This document shows, in pieces, positions 61,626-64,000 of a DNA stretch of 64,000 nucleotides (positions are counted from its first letter, which is position 1; the number at the start of each line of letters is the position of its first letter). The stretch lies in assembly GCA_035221665.1 (NCBI GenBank), contig CM069131.1:67952001-68016000 (forward strand), read 5' to 3'. The position numbers and the translations under genes are program-made. The DNA comes from Okamejei kenojei (lineage: Eukaryota). A model generated the notes under the pieces. It did not search any database and was not told the origin of the DNA. It saw nothing but the letters and a program-made list of their open reading frames with translations.

Positions 61626-62427
61626 TAATTATGGCACGATCCACAAGATCAAATACTGGTCTGAGCTACATGCATGCTTCCAAACTAAGCACTACAAATA
61701 GAGAAACAGGACATCCAGATTAAATGGACATGGCAGACTATGGGGGGAGTGAAATATTACATATGTTCTTGCAAGTGCTGCAGCTAGGAGAGATTATTGG
61801 GTTGAAAAGCAGGGAGTTTAGGAAAAACTTTCTTTAGGGGATCCATTAGGTTCCACATCTCTGGTTCCTCAGACAAAACTATTATAAACTTCTTAACCTT
61901 CTGCCAGATTTATCATTAGATCTTGGTAAATAAGCAAACTATAGCTATTGAAGAGATATTGCATTCATCCCCAAACATTATATGGATTAATCAATACAAC
62001 ATGTTATGTTCGCATCACACAAAGAACAAGTCTGTAAGTTATCATGGTCACCATTCCTCACTTTGCATTGTGGATATAAATACCAAAAACTTTCTACCCC
62101 AGCCTGAAGACCAACACAACAAAATGCTGGTCTGCACTTCACATGAAGGTTTCATATGTAATCAAATAAAGTAATAAGCTATCCAGACCAAAAATGCAAA
62201 TTGCAGCTCTTTTTTTGGTGCCTCTTAAAAGGACTCTCAGCAGCCCAAGGACTGGTACTTTCAAGGTTCAAGGAACAGCATCTCCCCGTCAACCATCAGG
62301 TTCTTAAACCACATTGCACCAGCAACACACTCCTTTTAGACCACAACAGACTGTATCACAATGGCTGCTCCACAAAGATTGTTTTTTGTATACCGTGGTT
62401 TCTACTTTCCTATAACTAATAATAACA

Positions 62428-64000
62428 CTGGACTAAGTGGGACCCGTTGAGTCCCAGCTTCACACGGGAGGGCTGGTCCCCCAACACAATATTCCACCTC
62501 TCCACCAAATCCAAGATTGCTGGGCCAGTGTGTGTGTGTGTGTGGTGGTGGGGGGCAGGGGCTTTCTGGGAGTGCTGGCATGGGTGTTGTGGGCCGAAGG
62601 GACTGGTTTCCATAGGGGCTAGTATGGATATTGTGTGCCTAATGGATTATTGGGCTGGCAGCTCTGTAATCAGGCCTGGCAGGCTGGCAGCTCAGAAACT
62701 GCCAGAAATTCTGGCGAAAAAAGTGAGAGGACTGTGAGAGTAGGGGGAGAGGGTGGACAGTTCAATTTTAGGAAGTTGCTTAAAAGGCGCGCAGTTGCAA
62801 AGGGGCACAGTTTGCAAAAGGGCAGGCCAAAAAGGCGCACAGTTGCAAAAGGGGCACAGTTGCAAAAGGTCACAGTTTGGGCACAGTTGCAAAAGGGGCA
62901 CAGTTGCAAAAGGGGCACAGTTGCAAAAGGCTCACAGTTGCAAAAGGCCTCACAGTTGCAAAAGGGGCACAGTTGCAAAGGGGCACAGTTTGCAAAACAC
63001 AGTGCGCACAGTTGCCAAAGGCTTACACAGTTGCAAAAGGCTTACACAGTGCCACAGTTGCAAAAGGGGCACAGTTGCAAAAGGGGCCACAGTTGCAAAA
63101 GGGGCACAGTTGCAAAAGGGGGCACAGTTGCAAAGGGGCACCAGTTGCAAAAGGGGCCACAGTTGCAAAAGGGGCACAGTTGCAAAAGGGGCACAGTTGC
63201 AAAAGGGGCCACAGTTACAAAAAGGGGCACAGTTGCAAAAGGGCACAGTTGCAAAAGGCGCACAGTTGCAAAAGGCGCACAGTTGCAAAAGGCACACAGT
63301 TGCAAAAGGCACACAGTTGCAAAAGGCACACAGTTGCAAAAGGCTCACAGTTGCAAAAGGGTAAAAAGGCTCACAGTTGCAAAAGGGGCTCAGTTGCAAA
63401 AGGGGCTCAGTTGCAAAAGGGGCACAGTTACAAAAGGGGCCACAGTTACAAAAAGGGGCACAGTTGCAAAAAGGGGCACAGTTGCAAAGGGGCACAGTTG
63501 CAAAAGGGGGGGGCACAGTTGCAAAAGGGGCTTAACACAGTTGCAAAAGGGGCACAGTTACAAAAGGCTTGCACAGTTGCAAAAGGCTTACACAGTTGCA
63601 AAAGGCACACAGTTGCAAAAGGGGGCTCAGTTGCAAAAGGGGCTCAGCTTTTGCAAAAAGGGGCACAGTTAAAAAAGGGGCACACAACAGAGGGGCACAG
63701 TTGCAAAGGGGGCACAGTTGCAAAAAGGGGCACAGTTTGCAAAGGGGGCACAGTTGCAAAGGGGCACAGTTACAGTTACAAAGGCTTGCACAGTTGCCAA
63801 AAGGCTTACACAGTTGCAAAAGGCGCACAGTTGCAAAAAGGGGCTCAGTTGCAAAGGGGCTCAGTTGCAAAAGGGGCTCAGTTTGCAAAAGGGGGCTCAG
63901 TTGCAAAAGGGGCTCAGTTGCAAAAGGGGCTCAGTTGCAAAAAGGGGCACAGTTACAAAGGGGCACAGTTGCAAAAAAAGGGGCACAGTTGCAAAAGGGG
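62428..64000 (-). mobile_element. Helitron-like element (3' end at 62428) running off the window
   Basis: Minus strand gggactcaacgggtccc hairpin + acttagt + CCAG|T; ~60 bp homologous to the 3' end of 19714-20863; extent to the right is inferred. Confidence 0.6.
62782..64000. repeat. 17-bp tandem satellite, consensus GGGGCACAGTTGCAAAA
   Basis: Roughly 65-70 head-to-tail copies; near-invariant CAGTTGCAA core with variable G/A runs; continues past the window end. Confidence 0.97.

Noticed and set aside
62635-63906. 345-aa and other long repetitive ORFs (KGHSCKRGTVAK, FCNCAPFATV)
   Set aside because: These are translations of a stop-poor 17-bp satellite; they are open on both strands in several frames and the unit length is not a multiple of 3
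24461-64000. FRAS1 exon 3 (expected ..IWKPDSC..C.C..)
   Set aside because: No matching segment found by eye; presumably beyond the window or in the gap

Overview
This is eukaryotic, repeat-rich vertebrate DNA. The HE1/V-SINE and CR1 families suggest a cartilaginous fish, probably a skate or ray (inference). The one host gene I recognise is the 5' end of FRAS1 on the + strand: a CpG-island promoter (~14.4-15.6 kb), a signal-peptide exon (15681-15753) and the 32-nt second exon (24429-24460, GVCVHQGSLYA). I did not find exon 3, so everything downstream is nominally intron 2. Left of a 500-N gap (34418-34917) lie CR1, L2, Rex1/Babar, Tx1 and Penelope-like retroelement fragments, SINEs, Harbinger-type MITEs, a non-autonomous Helitron, and about 15 short Penelope-derived repeats, several retaining a minimal hammerhead-ribozyme core. 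Right of the gap is an unusual ~22 kb hierarchical tandem array. It has ~0.5-0.86 kb monomers with internal sub-repeats, ordered into five blocks, each closed by a ~450 bp AT-rich spacer. The minus strand shows acidic, codon-like periodicity, and two minus-strand exon-like segments lie next to the array. The window ends in a 17-bp satellite that appears to sit inside a second Helitron. Indels are frequent right of the gap, so assembly noise or a mis-scaffolded contig must be excluded.
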